Source of the DNA: the human T2T-CHM13v2.0 reference genome, Homo sapiens
Assembly: GCF_009914755.1 (NCBI RefSeq)
Contig: NC_060942.1
Strand: one strand, 5' to 3'
Length of the DNA: 64,000 nucleotides
This document shows, one piece after another, positions 1-14,297 of the stretch (within the stretch, counting starts at the first letter, position 1; each line of letters begins with the position of its first letter). The notes beneath the pieces are model-generated. The model was not told the DNA's origin. It saw only the letters and a program-made list of their open reading frames with translations, and did no database searches. Made by a program: the position numbers and the translations under genes.

Positions 1-484
1 CAGGTCAAGTGGAATCAGTTGGTCTGTCCTAATGCAAAGTCTGAAAAATACATCAAAGACTTAGGTTTTACAATAGTGATATTATCTGTTGGAGCAACTG
101 GGGAAGTTACAGATCTTGTGACCTTTGGCTACATGACTCCTGAGCAGTAAGCAATTATAGAAAGGCAAACTAAGGAACAATGGCTGGTTATCACTTAACT
201 ATGCCTGCATCTTAGCAGATTTCAGGCCCCTACCATAATTCTAACCTTGGGCCTTTCATTCATTTTGAAAAGGTACTTTTAGTCCTCAAACAAAGAAGGG
301 GTCAGTTTGGGGAAGGGACTGTTATCATCCTTGCTTTAAAGTTAAACTATAAACTAAATTGCTCCCATAGTTATTTTGGCCTATTCTCAGGCATGAGCAA
401 GGACAGTTATCTTATGAGGTTAGAAGCAAATATGGTGTCAGCTATGTTAGATTTTTCTGACTCAATTTTGCAAAGGCAGTTTCA
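1..484 (-). mobile_element. ERV1 LTR, LTR8-like (partial, runs off window start)
   Basis: Reverse complement starts TGAAACTGCCTTTGCAAAATT...CCATATTTGCTTCTAACCTC, the LTR8-type 5' end. Confidence 0.75.
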
Positions 485-584
485 TAATCAGTACCTGAAA
501 GTCCCAGGCCCCATGTGGTTGAGGATTCACTTATATTACCATTAATTCTCACCAACACAACAGGCATTGAAATCACCGAATCAT

Positions 585-840
<256 letters not shown>

Positions 841-3215
841 TTTTTTTTTTAAAGCATGAAACCATGATCTAACCAACACAAGACTTGCGTTGATGTTTAG
901 GCCAACTTTCAACTCATTACCTTTACCTCCCAATGTCTAAAAGGAAAATTTGCTAGGCAATAAAATTATAGCAAGTGATCACCATCAGGGAATGTATGTT
1001 TTCATTTATGTTTGCATTCCCCTTTTGATCCTATATGCTAATTCCATATTTAAATATGCTTAAGACAATGAAGAAATTTTCAAAAAATTGCTCAGGTGAT
1101 GAATAGAATCTTAATCCAAAATGCAGATCATTTAAGTTTAAGTTGTTATTGGCACAAAGCTTCAAAGTCGACCAATTTCCTAAAGGGCTACTCAGATATG
1201 AATTCATATAGTTGAAAGTCTTCATCAAATTTTTTGCCACGATTTACATGGATATAATGCTGACTCAATCCTTTTATCTAATCAAATAGTCACAAAAGTT
1301 CGGTTATTTTATTTTGGTTTTGCAATATGCTTAGCATAGTGATTGTATAATTTTGTCCCCTTAAAATACTTATTTCTTTTAGTAAGTCAGCTTCCCAGGG
1401 CACAGTGCCAGATAGACAAGTTTTATTTTTATCAAAATAAAACGAAAAAATTCTCTGTAAGGCAGTTCAAAAGTGATCATTTTCATCAAATGTAGCTACT
1501 TTAAAATCTAAAGAGATGAAATATATGGATTCCTACATAGAAGACTAAATACAACCAGAACGGAGGGAATTTTTTACTTTCCTACTAAAATGCCTTATAT
1601 ACAGCCCACCCAAAAAGGATATTTGTAGGTTAAATCTTGACTTTATCATTTTTATTATTAATGTTGTTTGTGTTCACTAACATAAAGCTTACATAAAAAT
1701 TCCAAGTCTTGCCTTCTTCAGTTCATAAAAAAGAAGTAGCTATCCTCACATACCCATGATTGTATACAAATGTTAGATGAAAGGTTCCCTTTTGTATTAT
1801 TGTCAGGAGCTCCCTGCGATAAAATGTTATAGAACATATACCTAATGTCCTTCTCTGAAAGTTCTTTTCTCCTACTAACATATGTGTTCCTGGCACATAA
1901 TAGGCCCCAAGAAATATATGCTTAATTATTTGAAGACATGCATAGCCTAAGCTAACTATTTACCTGAAGAGCGAGAATTTTATTCTGGCTTATTCCCTCT
2001 TCAAACAGCAGGTGCTTGATGAAGTACTCAGCAGAGATTCCAAGGCAACTGGCTATAGATCTTTAACAAAAAATAAACATCAAAATTTCCATAAAAATAT
2101 GCTTATGACAATATAAATTATAAAAATAGGAACAATCATGTTTTGGTTGTCAAAAACAAAATTATAAGTTTAATTTATTTTCTTCAATCACATTGTGCTA
2201 TTGTTTGCAGTACACATTCAGGTGCATTCTTTAACTGCAATAAGCATTTTCCTCTCTGTGTCTTGACACTAGTCATCCATCAGAAAATGCTAATTATATT
2301 AGTTCTTTCATAAGCTGTCTCCCTTGGAAGGAATTTTTAAAATGCAGTAGAAGCACTATTACGAATTTACTTAAAGTATAATATTTCATACATTAATGAG
2401 AATAAAAATTATAGAAACTTACTGAAGAATTATTTTTCTTCCAGTTACAAAAGACAACCTAAAAAAATAAATAATTTAAACAGTGCTGTCTTTTTAAATA
2501 GAATGAAGCTAAAGGATCATTGAAAGTTTATTCTCCGTAAGGCAAACTGTGAATATACCATATAAAACCTGTTTGCTCTGTCTTTAACGAAAAGCCTTAA
2601 TTAATAAGAGAAAATTTAGACTGCAAAGTGTCACTTCCAGAGTTTGTATGGATTTGGAATATTATGATAACTCGTGGGAAACCGAAACCTCCCTCAAAAA
2701 AGACGTGGTGTTATTTCCAACCTCTTTTCAATGGAAATCTTAATTCCATATTATAAAATGAAATCATATGTTTGGGTCTATGTGTCACTTTTGATCACTG
2801 TTTGAAGACCTTTGATATTCTTAATACATTCTTCAGGGAGGAAAAGGATGCTAATACTATTCGCATTTACACCTTTGAACTTTTAGTTCATATTTATAAG
2901 AGAGGGTATTATCCCAGTAAGTTATTATTCTTATCTCCAAATGAGTGCTTTCGAACAGCCTAGCAACTCCTCATTAGTGTGGGGGACATCCTCATTAAGT
3001 GTAAGCCTACTGTTTCAGCCTGGACATGTTTTTCCTTTGATCTAGAACTAGAAGGACATTAATGACCAAGTTTTAGAGACAGCTACTATATCCTCTCCCC
3101 AAAATGCCCATCGCTTTGGTGCCTGTCTCAGAGAGGCTTGTAGAAGTCAGCTTCCCAGGGCAAAGCACCAGATAGACAAGACAAGGAAGGACAGAGAGTA
3201 GATATCAGGGCACAG

Positions 3216-3234
3216 TCAAGGTCAGTCAAGGTCA
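3216..3234 (+). promoter_or_regulatory. Candidate nuclear-receptor element: perfect DR4 (AGGTCA-gtca-AGGTCA), each half also a TCAAGGTCA ERR/NR5A site
   Basis: Sequence tcaaggtcagtcaaggtca. Motif match only, no functional evidence. Confidence 0.35.
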
Positions 3235-4339
3235 CGTAAGTCATTATTCACGCAACCCTGAATATAAACCTCTATCTGTGGAAACTGAATCCAGTATGCT
3301 TTTGTTCAACTCTGAAATTTAAATTGTAAATTAGATTTTCTTTGTCATGTGTTTGCATTAACAGCAAAATACTTCATATCTCTAAAGTTAAATTCAGTCA
3401 CATTTATGTTAATTTAAAATATTAACAAATAATCAGCACCAAAATCAAAAATAACAGCCCAGGATCCTGAGGGAATAGATAGCATTCCTTTAGCTACTAG
3501 TAAGACTGGTTTAAAATGAACCCTGCAATAACTCAAAAATACTAAAGAAATTAGAAATATTCTCTAAAAGAAATTATGTTTTCTTACTCTTTGTGCTAAG
3601 GAAAATTCATGTTTTAAAAAGAGCCCCAGAGAAAAATCCATAAAGTCAGCCAAATGCAAAATCAGAAACTAAGTCTTTTTTATTTATTCCAATCCTAATC
3701 AACTATAAGTATTTTTATATTGCATTTATATTAAATATGCCGAAAGCTGACAATAGGTATAGGAATGGGTTATTTTGCCTGCAATGCTAACTACATCATC
3801 TGCATGCTCTGCTGCACTAAATGTAATGAAACTTGGTCTAGGTGAAAGATAGCACAGCCCCTGAGAACAAGAATGAATTCAAGAAGGCAACATTACTGGA
3901 GCTATATAATCAACACCTTCCACTGCACAAGAAACAGGTTGAGAAATGACCTTTACATGAGCTAGTGAAATAGCAAAGTGTTTTTTGTTCCCTTCTCCAT
4001 TGTTGTCTGTGTTGGTGAAAGCACAGGCAGATTTCCTCCATGGAAAGCTGCCACTTTACCAGGGGAAGCAGTTTTTCACAGGCAAACTCTCTGATGGGGA
4101 CAATTGCTAGTTTGATAGAACACACGCTCGGGTGTGATTGGGCCTGTCAGGGGTATTGTGGGTCACAGTCTAAGAACAGGAAACACCATCTCTAAACATA
4201 GAAAATGCAACACCATTGGGGAAGGTGGCAGAGGCCAATGATATTCTAAAGCACAGCAGGAAAATATTTGCAAAGGAGCATGTTTTAGCTCTCTAGGCAG
4301 TGTAGTGCTCCTGTGAAACCATTGCTCATAATCACACTG

Positions 4340-4530
4340 ATAGTATCTTTTATTTCACAGTGCCTGACGATGTTCAAAATGTGTTCATATTTTGATCCTC
4401 ATAGCAACCCTCTAAGGTGTGAAAGGCAAGCAGTTTTAGAGATGGGCAGCCACAGACTTGGAGGTCAGGTGACTTTTCCAAGGCATCCAAGCTGAGCCCA
4501 GGGCCTTCGATTCCACTCAGTGTGTTTCCC
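4340..4530 (-). mobile_element. MIR fragment
   Basis: atttgatcctcatagcaaccctctaagg ... ttttagagatg ... gtgacttttccaagg, a degenerate MIR core. Confidence 0.55.
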
Positions 4531-6100
4531 CAGGATGTCACCTGCCTTCAGAAGGCAGTGTTTGAACTTTGCAGGGTATCCTGTCCACTGCTCTGTGCAT
4601 CCTAGTGCACCGCAACCTTGTAATCTGGTCTCAAAACCTTTACTTCTTTCTTGGCATAATATTAATTGAAAAGAAACACAGGAGATTTGCTTTTTAATTC
4701 TCTCATTTTCTACCTTGCTAATTCCATCTCCCCTTCAATTTGTAGGAATGCTTAATGAAAGCAGCAAGAGAGATTATCATTGGGAACTGAAATGTGTAAT
4801 CAATCCCTGAATAGAAAAAAATAGTGGGAATTATATAAATAAGATAATTTTATAGCTCAAGTACTTAAAATCAGACAACAGAGCAATACAAAACTTTTTA
4901 TGATGGAGTTTCTATAATTCATCCTTACATACAATAAGAAATGAAACCCTATAGATATTACTTTAGATATTGCTTAGGAGCAGACAATCTTTTGTTCATA
5001 GAGAAGATAGCATTGAAAATGAACATTTCATGGAGCTTTAACAACTAGCAAAGCTGAAAGAAATATTTTTCACTAAGATTGCTTTGATCCATGATAGGTA
5101 TTTACAATATGCAGCCAAGGGCTTTGACCATTAACAAAAATAAAATAAAATATATAGTGCTTGAATTCCCATTAGGTCTCAAGGGTAAAAGAGTAAATTT
5201 CTCTCAACAACTTTCCTTATGACATTTTTATCCCATTCTTTATAATAGTTGGTGCTGGGTTGAGAAAAGTAGAAGAGATTCCAGTAAGCTCCTACCTTCT
5301 TTACTCTTCCATAGAATTTCATCTCAAGCTGGGACAGGAGCTAGAGAGGGAGTGAGACAGCCAGCTCATTCTGTCTTCTCCCCCATCTTACGTCACTGCT
5401 CAAGAAGCGGGTGTGTGGAGTCCAGAGAGGATCCAGTTGTTAAAACACTTACCTGAGGCACTTAGACCAGCTCTCTCCAAGATTATATGGAATGCTAAGT
5501 TGCTCTTGTCTGCTACTGACGAGTGCTGTCTCCTTTTCTCCTGACCCACCAGGACTCTGATGTTGTTATAAAGCCCAGTGGCTTGTAAAACCAACATTGT
5601 AATGGCTCTTACTTCTAAATATCTGAAATTACCCTTTCCAGAAAACCAAAACTCTTTCTGTATAAATACTTCTCAGTTATGTACATGATTCATTCATTTC
5701 TACCGTGAGCCCCTGAATTCTCCTGAAGGTGTTAATAACTGAAACTATTTTTGGAAATATGAAATAACTTCATTTGGGTCCAGTCATGGAGATGTGGTGA
5801 TCTGGAGGTGGTAGACAGAGGATAAACTACTCCAAACAAGCGTCAGAATCTTACTCATTCGGGCAGCTTTCCCGATCACCACCCGTCAGCCTGCAGTCAC
5901 ATACTTGGCTGGGCAGAGCGCCTTGCATGCAACGAGGGATGGATAAGCGTTTGTTGAATGAGAACAAGCTAATGAGACTCGGGTTCTGTAAGGAGGCTTT
6001 CTGTAGCCCTTGGTTCTTTCTTCATGTTCAAAAGAACAGGAAACTCTCCTGGGCTTGCTCTAAAAGTAGTTTGAAACTTAAATATGCAGAAGTCACCTAA

Positions 6101-6428
<328 letters not shown>

Positions 6429-7194
6429 CCTGAAGTGTATTTAAAATACTCAGTCCCCATTATCAGAAAACTATGGAATCTAAATATATGGAACAAAGTG
6501 TGCCTTGCATCAGGCAAAACGGAATGGAGAGCTAACAATGGAGGAAGGGGCTGTGCACCCTCGCTAAGGACCCAGCATCTTCCTTTGCTTCCCTTTCACA
6601 ACTGAACTTCTCTCGCTGGTGGTTACTCCTGTGTCTTGTAGATGAAGTCACTCAGTGGGGAGAATTTGATTGTCTCACCAGCCAGCAGCTTAAGTTATCA
6701 GGAAAATGCAGTCGGTACACCCAGCCAGAAGTGTGGGCAGCATGGAGAGAGGGTTGTCAAGAATATTCCATGAGGATGAGACTTTGAAAATCATTTTTAT
6801 AAATTTAACTTCGCTTCCTCTGCTAGTTCAGATCTTCACTCCCCTCTTTCTCGCTTCTTTGGCCTTTTTCTGTCTTCAGATTATAACTAGCTAGTTCACT
6901 GAATAACGCTCTTGTTTGAGTCATCACTCTGGACTCAATCCTTGTTGATTTTTATCACCATTTGACTACTGACTTTTCCCATTCATCTTTTTGTTCTTTA
7001 ATCTTTTGTTTATTTGCTACTCTCTCAACTCATACCGTTCCTCCAGTTTCCGGCTAAGCATTAATCTCACCGGGGAGAATATTGTTAGCCTCCAAATTCA
7101 AACTATCTTAATGTCGCGTGTGAATGACCACAGTAGAAAGGAGCCCAGTGCCTAAGTATGCCTTGCCCTGGTGACCTCACTTTGTTGTTGGACT

Positions 7195-7955
7195 CTTAGT
7201 CCATTTGGACTGCTATAATAAAATACCATAAACGGGGTGGCCTATAAACAACAAATTGTATATATATATAAACACACACACATATATGTACATGTATGTA
7301 TATGTGTGTGTGTGTATATATACATATATTTTTTTTCTCACAGTTCTCGTGGCTGAGAGGCCTAAGAGCAAGATGCCACCAGATTTGGTGTCTGATGGGA
7401 GCCCACTCCTCTTAGGTGGTGGTTTCATGCTGTGTCCTCACATGGTAGATGGGCAAACAAGCTCCTTTGGGCCTTTTTGTTTTGTGATCCTTTTTAAAAA
7501 AAAAAAAAAAAAATTGAGACAGAGCCTCACTCTGTCACCCAGGCTGGAGTGCAGTGGCACCATCATAGCTCACTGCAGCCTTGACCTCTTGGCCTCAAGC
7601 GATCCTCCCACTTCAGCCTCCCAAGTAGCTGGGGCTACAGGTGGATGCTGCCATGCCTGGCTAAGTTTTTTTATTTCTTTATAGCAACAGGGTCCTACAC
7701 TACATTGTCCAGACTGATCTCGAACTACTGGGCTCAAGCAATCCTCCTTCTTTGGCCTCCCGGAGTGCTTGGTTAACAGGCATGAGCCACTGCACCAGGC
7801 CTAGGTCTCTTTTATAAGGGCACTAATCCCATTCATGAGAGCTCTGCCCTCATGACCTACTTACCTCCCAAAGGCCACACCTCTCACTACCATCACACCA
7901 AGAATAGGGTTTCAACACGTGAGTTTGGGGGAACACAAACATTCAGACCATAGCA
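7195..7955 (-). mobile_element. MaLR LTR (MSTD/MLT1A-like), interrupted by a (TA/CA)n tract and an Alu
   Basis: Starts cttagtccatttggactgctataataaaatacc and ends gggaacacaaacattcagaccatagca; contains aagggcactaatcccattcatgag. Confidence 0.8.
7490..7802 (-). mobile_element. Alu (AluJ) nested in MaLR LTR
   Basis: catcatagctcactgcagcc and gggctcaagcaatcctcc are AluJ-type features. Confidence 0.9.
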
Positions 7956-9748
7956 GACTGTTTTGTGAAGTGGCTGAAATCTAAGTCATTGGAGCCTGTT
8001 CTAGCACGTATCATTCTACATGCTCAACATTTAAGAATACATTTTTAATTTTGGCTTTTTGTGTGTGGCTTTCTGACAATGAAAAGAGCCTCTTTAGTGA
8101 TAATGTGAATCAAAATAAAATATATTCAGTTCACTCCATACCCCCAAGTGATTGTAGAAGGCAGGAATGAAGTAGTGGAAGAATTAGAAAGATGTGTGGG
8201 CAGAAACTTAGAAAAAATATTTTTCCCCAAATTTAGGGAGAGACTGTAGATCTGGCCTGATGACTATATAAATGTGAGACCACGGTAAAAGAAAACCTTT
8301 GCCAATTAATTTTCACAGACAAGGGAGTAAAAGTTTTGCTATTTGAAATTGCAGATGCTTTACAACTGTAGCAGATTCAAGAATTTAACACAACCTGATT
8401 CAGTTAAGAAACTGTAAATTCTTTGTTTCTTATTGAATATTTCTCAGGAACCCCTTCTCACTGGGAAGGGGATAATTATAGCTTGCCATTTCAAATCACC
8501 CCTTTCAAATGACTCACCTTGGTGTGATACTATTTTCTGCCCCTTCTTCCCAGTTTTATGTAGTTTGATGTTTAAACACACAAAAATCTTACATGACCTT
8601 ATGGAATAAAAGGAACCCCAGATTCAAGCCTCGTCTGGTCTGGTCTGTTCCAGGCTGGCATCTGCTGTAGTAAATATAACTGAACTGATTTGGGCTTTGC
8701 AGGGATGCGCTGTCACGCTCCACTGAAACCCCTGATCCTGACCAGTTTCCTCGATCCTAGATTTCTCACACCCTGCTCTTTGACTCCAGTCCTCCACATT
8801 GGAATTTTTGGATGGCCTGCAGCCAGATGTAGGCACTGGGGAGTCAGGAGTGTAACCTTTAGCTCACCTATCTAGAGACCAATTTATTTCACATTCCTGC
8901 ATTCTCCAGAATTTTCACTCAGCTAAGAGACATCGGGATATACAAGTCTCACCCAATGCTTTCTAATTTTTTTCCCCACAGTCACCCAGGTCCAGATGGA
9001 ACAAGGTTGCCTCTTAAATCATGTTCTAATCTCCCTCTAGCTCTGATTTATAGCAAAGCTGACTTAATCATCTAGATTTGGCTTTTACAAATTCATCAAA
9101 GTCTGCCTGGCTAGTGACTCAAATCTTACTCCAAATCTCAGAAGTGAAATGTTGACTTCCTATTTCTTTTGCTGTAATAATACTTTCCATAGCAAATCAA
9201 AGTCCTTGGTAGATTAGGGGAAAATGTCCACAATAATTTCTCAGTGGAGAAAATTCCTTAGTATACTGAAAAAAAAAAAAGTAAAGCCATTGCACTACAG
9301 TAACTTCCTGCCCCCCTTTACCCGAGTTCTGCTGTGTCTGCAGCTGTTTGTGGAAGAGAAAAGGTCTCCTTGGATCTGCTGGGCAGCATTTTTCTTACCT
9401 TCTCAACTACAAGCTGGTTCAGAGAGTGAAAGTCTACCTGGATCTCAGGAGAAAGACAACTTGAAGAGTAATGTCTATAGTGATGCAAACACAAAAACAG
9501 AAGAAACTTCTTCATTTAAAATACAATTTTTATTTAATCTTTGATCTCTCAAGAACCACCATGATTTTTGTGACATCAAGGACAGCCCCTGCAGTGCATC
9601 CCACTCATCCTACTCACCCCTCACCTGACCAGGGCCAGGATCAGATTTCCATGGGGTCAGCAGAGGGCTGAGAAGTCAGAAGACAAAGATCTACAAGCTC
9701 TGTTAATTAGGAAGCCTCTAGAGAAGCAGACCAAAATAATATGCATAT

Positions 9749-9862
9749 CATATGTTATACATATACACACATAAACACATATATATAATATATACATGCA
9801 CATATATACATGTACACATTCATATATATACAGACATACATACACATACATACAACATACAA
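9749..9862. repeat. (TA)/(CA) degenerate microsatellite
   Basis: Visible atacatatacacacataaacacatatat... run. Confidence 0.85.
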
Positions 9863-11466
9863 ATACTAAATACAGGTCAATTCCCTTCAACCAAAGATTC
9901 TGTATTCTGTGAGTTAAACCTCGCTTTGTTATTTCATTTTTTTCTTTATTCTATTAGAGGACTCAAGTTTTGTATTGTTTCTGCTTTTTCATCATTACCT
10001 GAATTAGCATCAATTAAGAAATTATTTTTCCTTCATTATATCTTTCCCAATTGTTCTTTCCTACCAACATGTTTGTCTTTTTAGCAAGAAGTGAAGGTTT
10101 TATTTTCAAAATATTAACTGAAATCAGCTTGACCAGACTTTAGTATTTTTTTTTCTTTTACAGTTAGAATCATGAAGTCTAACAACAGGAGGTGGGAAAC
10201 TATCTCAATTCCATTCCCAAAATGAGGTAGATGGGCACCAGTAAGAAATGAGGATTCGGAGCAACTCTGTGCATGTTGGTTGAGACTCCAACCAACCAAA
10301 GAATAGGAATTGGCTGTCACCGAAGTGAAAAATACACCCGCCAAGGGAAATTCCCACACACAATCTGTTCAAATACCAAATCTGGATATATGCCCCCAAA
10401 TGTGAGGGCAGATAAAAATGTAAAAATGGGATCTAGGAAGCAAACAAATCAGATAGGTAAAAAAGACATCATTCTCAAATTTAAGAAAATGGAGTGGCTC
10501 TAAAAGTTTTATTGTAAAATCTAATAAAGGCTTTCAAAAAGAAGAATCTTTAAAGGTCAAAGAAGGAAGCCATAGGAAGAAATAAGAACAAAAGAAACAT
10601 ATGTTAAGATGATGGGAAGGACAAATATGACAAGGTTTTTCAGAAAGCTTAGAGAAAGGATAAATCAATACGGAAGGAAAAGAGGAAGATAATGAATAGG
10701 GAAGATACACTACATAAGAGATACAGCCAAGTAAAAAGCTAAAACAACTGGAGTCAAAACAACAATTAGGAATGCTCCTGTTTTTCCAGCCACAAAGCAG
10801 CCTGCTCTGACATCTGCAGGATCCTGGGTGGAAACCCACCACCCTGTCTCAAACACCAACATCCCCTTTCATGGACTGAGTTGCCAGCCTCTATAGGTTT
10901 TATTCTAAGTTTTATTTTCCTCCCTATCTACTTGTATTTTCAGGGGATAAGTCTAGTTGGGAAAACATCATGTAAAAATAAAGATAATGAGATATTAGAA
11001 GTACTATAATACAGATTTATACTTAATTCAGCAGGAGAAACAGAAGTGGTTGGTCCATTCCTAAACTAGAATTTGTTAGTATGAACTATAATGAGACTAA
11101 TACTGTATATAGCTAAGAAGATCAAAGATATCAAGGAACAATACAAACTGATTGATACTTTTATTTTTGATAGGGAGATATTTACTCCACTTCTTAGCTT
11201 CTACATTGAAGGTGATTCAAGCTATCTATTCACTAACATTTTCGATGAAGATTGTTTTAAGAAATACAATCTAATGTGTTAAAATGAAGTTAAAATTTTA
11301 AGGTTGAAAATCCACTAAGCTGAAATGAACATTTGACATTTGAAATTATAGAACATCTAGGTGATTGCATTTGAAATTCTTTAATGTTTAAAACTTAGAT
11401 TCATTTTGTTCATGATTTCAGTAAATTTTAATTTCTGTTTCAAAATGAATTAAAAATTGGTAGTTT

Positions 11467-11620
11467 AGGCAGGATGTGATGGCTAACACCTGTAATCTCA
11501 GCACTTTGGGAGGTGAGAGAATCTCCTGAGCCCAGGAGTTTGAGGCCAGCCTGAGCAAGAGAAACCCTAGCTCTACAATAAATAAATATATGAAAATAAA
11601 ATGTTAAAAATTAAAAAAAA
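11467..11620 (+). mobile_element. Alu left monomer (FLAM-like)
   Basis: ggcaggatgtgatggctaacacctgtaatctcagcactttgggagg ... cccaggagtttgaggccagcc, followed by an A-rich tail. Confidence 0.85.
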
Positions 11621-13501
11621 TTCAGTAGATCAAACATATTCCTACATCTTTTATAATACCAGTCAGTATTTGCCCCGAGTATCTTAGAATGATTTGTATT
11701 TTGTTGTTTTACTGGGTAGCTTGTTTTGATAATCCCAACTAAAAAAAATGTGGTACTTTATCAGTGATCTGTCAACTGAAAATCTCTAGAGAAAACTAAC
11801 ACAATAAGGTAATAAATTCAAAAGTTCTTAATCTCCATATACATTTATGTAATCATCTACTCACTGAGTTTTTAAATAAAAAGTTAAATGCATATATATG
11901 AGAACAAATATAATTCATAAGATAATGGTAACTATTTATGTTTTTAAAAATATGATTTTAAAAAATATTACATCTTCCATTGAAAAAAGTAATATGGTTA
12001 TCTCTGAAAATCTAAAATCTAATACAGTGCCTGACAGGTAGACAAGTGGGTAGTGCCCAAAAATATGTTGACAAATGAATAATTGTAACCTGAGAATAAA
12101 AGTCAATCCTTAGTCAAATCAAATCCAGTCTTATATTTATTTTCTATTTGGCTATGATACTTCGTCTTTTTTCTATGGTCAGTTGAAATGCTGAAAGGAT
12201 CTTTCACATAATTAAAAAATTATCTTAACTACATTTAAAGCAAAAGAGGAATACGAATATAATTGTAAACCCTGATTACACATGATTACACATGTTCTTT
12301 TTGCTCTGAAGAAATATAATTCTTATTGTTAGGTTCTCCTCAAAATGTTGAAAAAAAGCATAACTCTTCTCTAATGCAGAGACTAAATACTATTAAAATT
12401 TGGGACAAACTAAAAACTGTCCCAATCGTAACATGGCAGTTAAATTCACGTTAAAAGGAAAGTATACTTCATAAATGACAGAATTCAAGTTTCTGCTTGT
12501 CTTCTTTTGTTATTAGCTCTTCACCACAAAAATAGGTGTGAGTATAGATCAGTAGCTGTTCCATGTGATACACACAGATGCCCTCAAACAAGTTTAAAGT
12601 AGAACAAGTCTTCCACCCAGGATAAGAACGTATCACTTCTCTGTATTTAACTGTTTTATCTACCCCATTTGGAAGAGCACACTAGCACCAAGGCACCATT
12701 CTTCAAAACAATGTTTCTTTTATAATTTGTTTTGCTTTTTTTTCCTATCAGAAACTAGAAAATCAATACTTTTTATTTAGCCATTATATTGATAATTTTC
12801 ATTTGCTTGGGTCAACATTTAAGGAGTACACGAGGTGCTTTTTGTGATTAACATTGGGAGTTAAAAATGTTAAAATTCCTGATTGTCAGGGAATATCTGA
12901 TATGTTTACAATAAAGCCTCCAGGAGCTATGTATATAGGGCGAATATAAAATCATCTGTCAATCTTTTAAAATTTTTTTCCCATTAAACCCTCATTAACA
13001 TGTAACCATATAATAAGGATAATGGTAATTTGTGATCATATATTGAGGTAATGCAAGTCTTATGACTTACATCACATCTTTACATGGTGGGTTTTTTTGA
13101 TTCTGAATTTTTGAGGCATAAAGATAAATAGAAGAGCATCTTATATGTATATATTTTCAAAGATTTACTAAAGCCAAACTCCAGAGTGTTCAGGGAGACT
13201 CAACTAGTCGTCTTATTGAGTTAAAGTAAAAGAAAGAAAAGAAAAAATAAACAGAATAGGGTAAAATGAAAACTTTGGAAAGATGTGAAAAGATAGATTT
13301 TAACTAATGTGATTGTAATTGTGCCATCACTGAGTACACAGGTGGAAGAATTGTAGAGTTTGAGTACAAATGTGTACCTTAGATATGGTTTATGTTCACT
13401 CTTTCATTTAAAAGCTGAATTTTAGAGAGGGTTAAATGGCATTTCACAAAGCTAGTTGGCAGCAGAGCCCAGACTAAAACCAAGATTTCCTTGTAGGCAT
13501 G

Positions 13502-13693
13502 TGTATTAGTCCATTCTCACACCGCTAAGAAGAATTATCCGAGACCGGGTAATTTATGAAAACAGGTTTACTTGACCCACAATTTTTAACAGGCTTAACA
13601 GGAAACATAGCTGGGAGGCCTCTGGAAACTTACAATCATGGCAGAAGGGGAAGTAAGCATGTCTTACCATGGTGGAGCAGGAGAGAGGGAGAG
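13502..13693 (-). mobile_element. THE1D-like MaLR LTR fragment
   Basis: tgtattagtccattctcacacc ... gaaacttacaatcatggcagaagggg, truncated about halfway. Confidence 0.85.
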
Positions 13694-13694
13694 A

Positions 13695-13846
13695 GGCATG
13701 GCAGTGTACGCCTGTACAAACAGCTACTCAGGAGGCTGAGGTGGGCAGATTACTTGAGCGCAGGAGTTCAAGGCTGCATTGAGCTATGCCTCTGCGCTCC
13801 AGCCTGGGTGATAGAGTGAGACCTTGTCTCTATGAAAAAAAAAAAA
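13695..13846 (+). mobile_element. Alu monomer (FRAM/FAM or AluJ right arm)
   Basis: agctactcaggaggctgaggtggg ... ccagcctgggtgatagagtgagacc, followed by polyA. Confidence 0.85.
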
Positions 13847-14047
13847 TTCATTTAATTTACATTAAATAAATCTATAACTTTCCTTATTATTTATGTAAAG
13901 ATTTATTAGTGAAAATGTTCCTTCTATACTTAAACCCCATCTGCTTCACTTCACGCCCAATAAATAACAGTTAGTAGGTTTTGTACATTCTTCCAGAGTT
14001 TAATGTACATACATGCAAAGATGCATATAAATTCTTCCCATGCACAT

Positions 14048-14297
14048 TTTTTACAGTGACATAAAATTGTATTTATTGTGTACAACCTGATATTTTGAAG
14101 TATACAAACATGTGGAATGATTAAATCTAGCTAGTTAACATATGCATCACCTCACATAGTCATCATTTTCCATGCTGAGAACACTTATCCACCCACTTTA
14201 CATTTTTAAGTATACAATATATTTTTATTAACTATAGTCACCATGTTGGACAATAGATCTCTTGAACTTATTCCTCCTATTTAACTGAAATTTTGTC
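14048..14297 (-). mobile_element. L1MA-type 3' end, within older degenerate L1M sequence
   Basis: ttaactatagtcaccatgttggacaatagatctcttgaacttattcctcc is typical of L1MA 3' UTRs. Confidence 0.75.
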
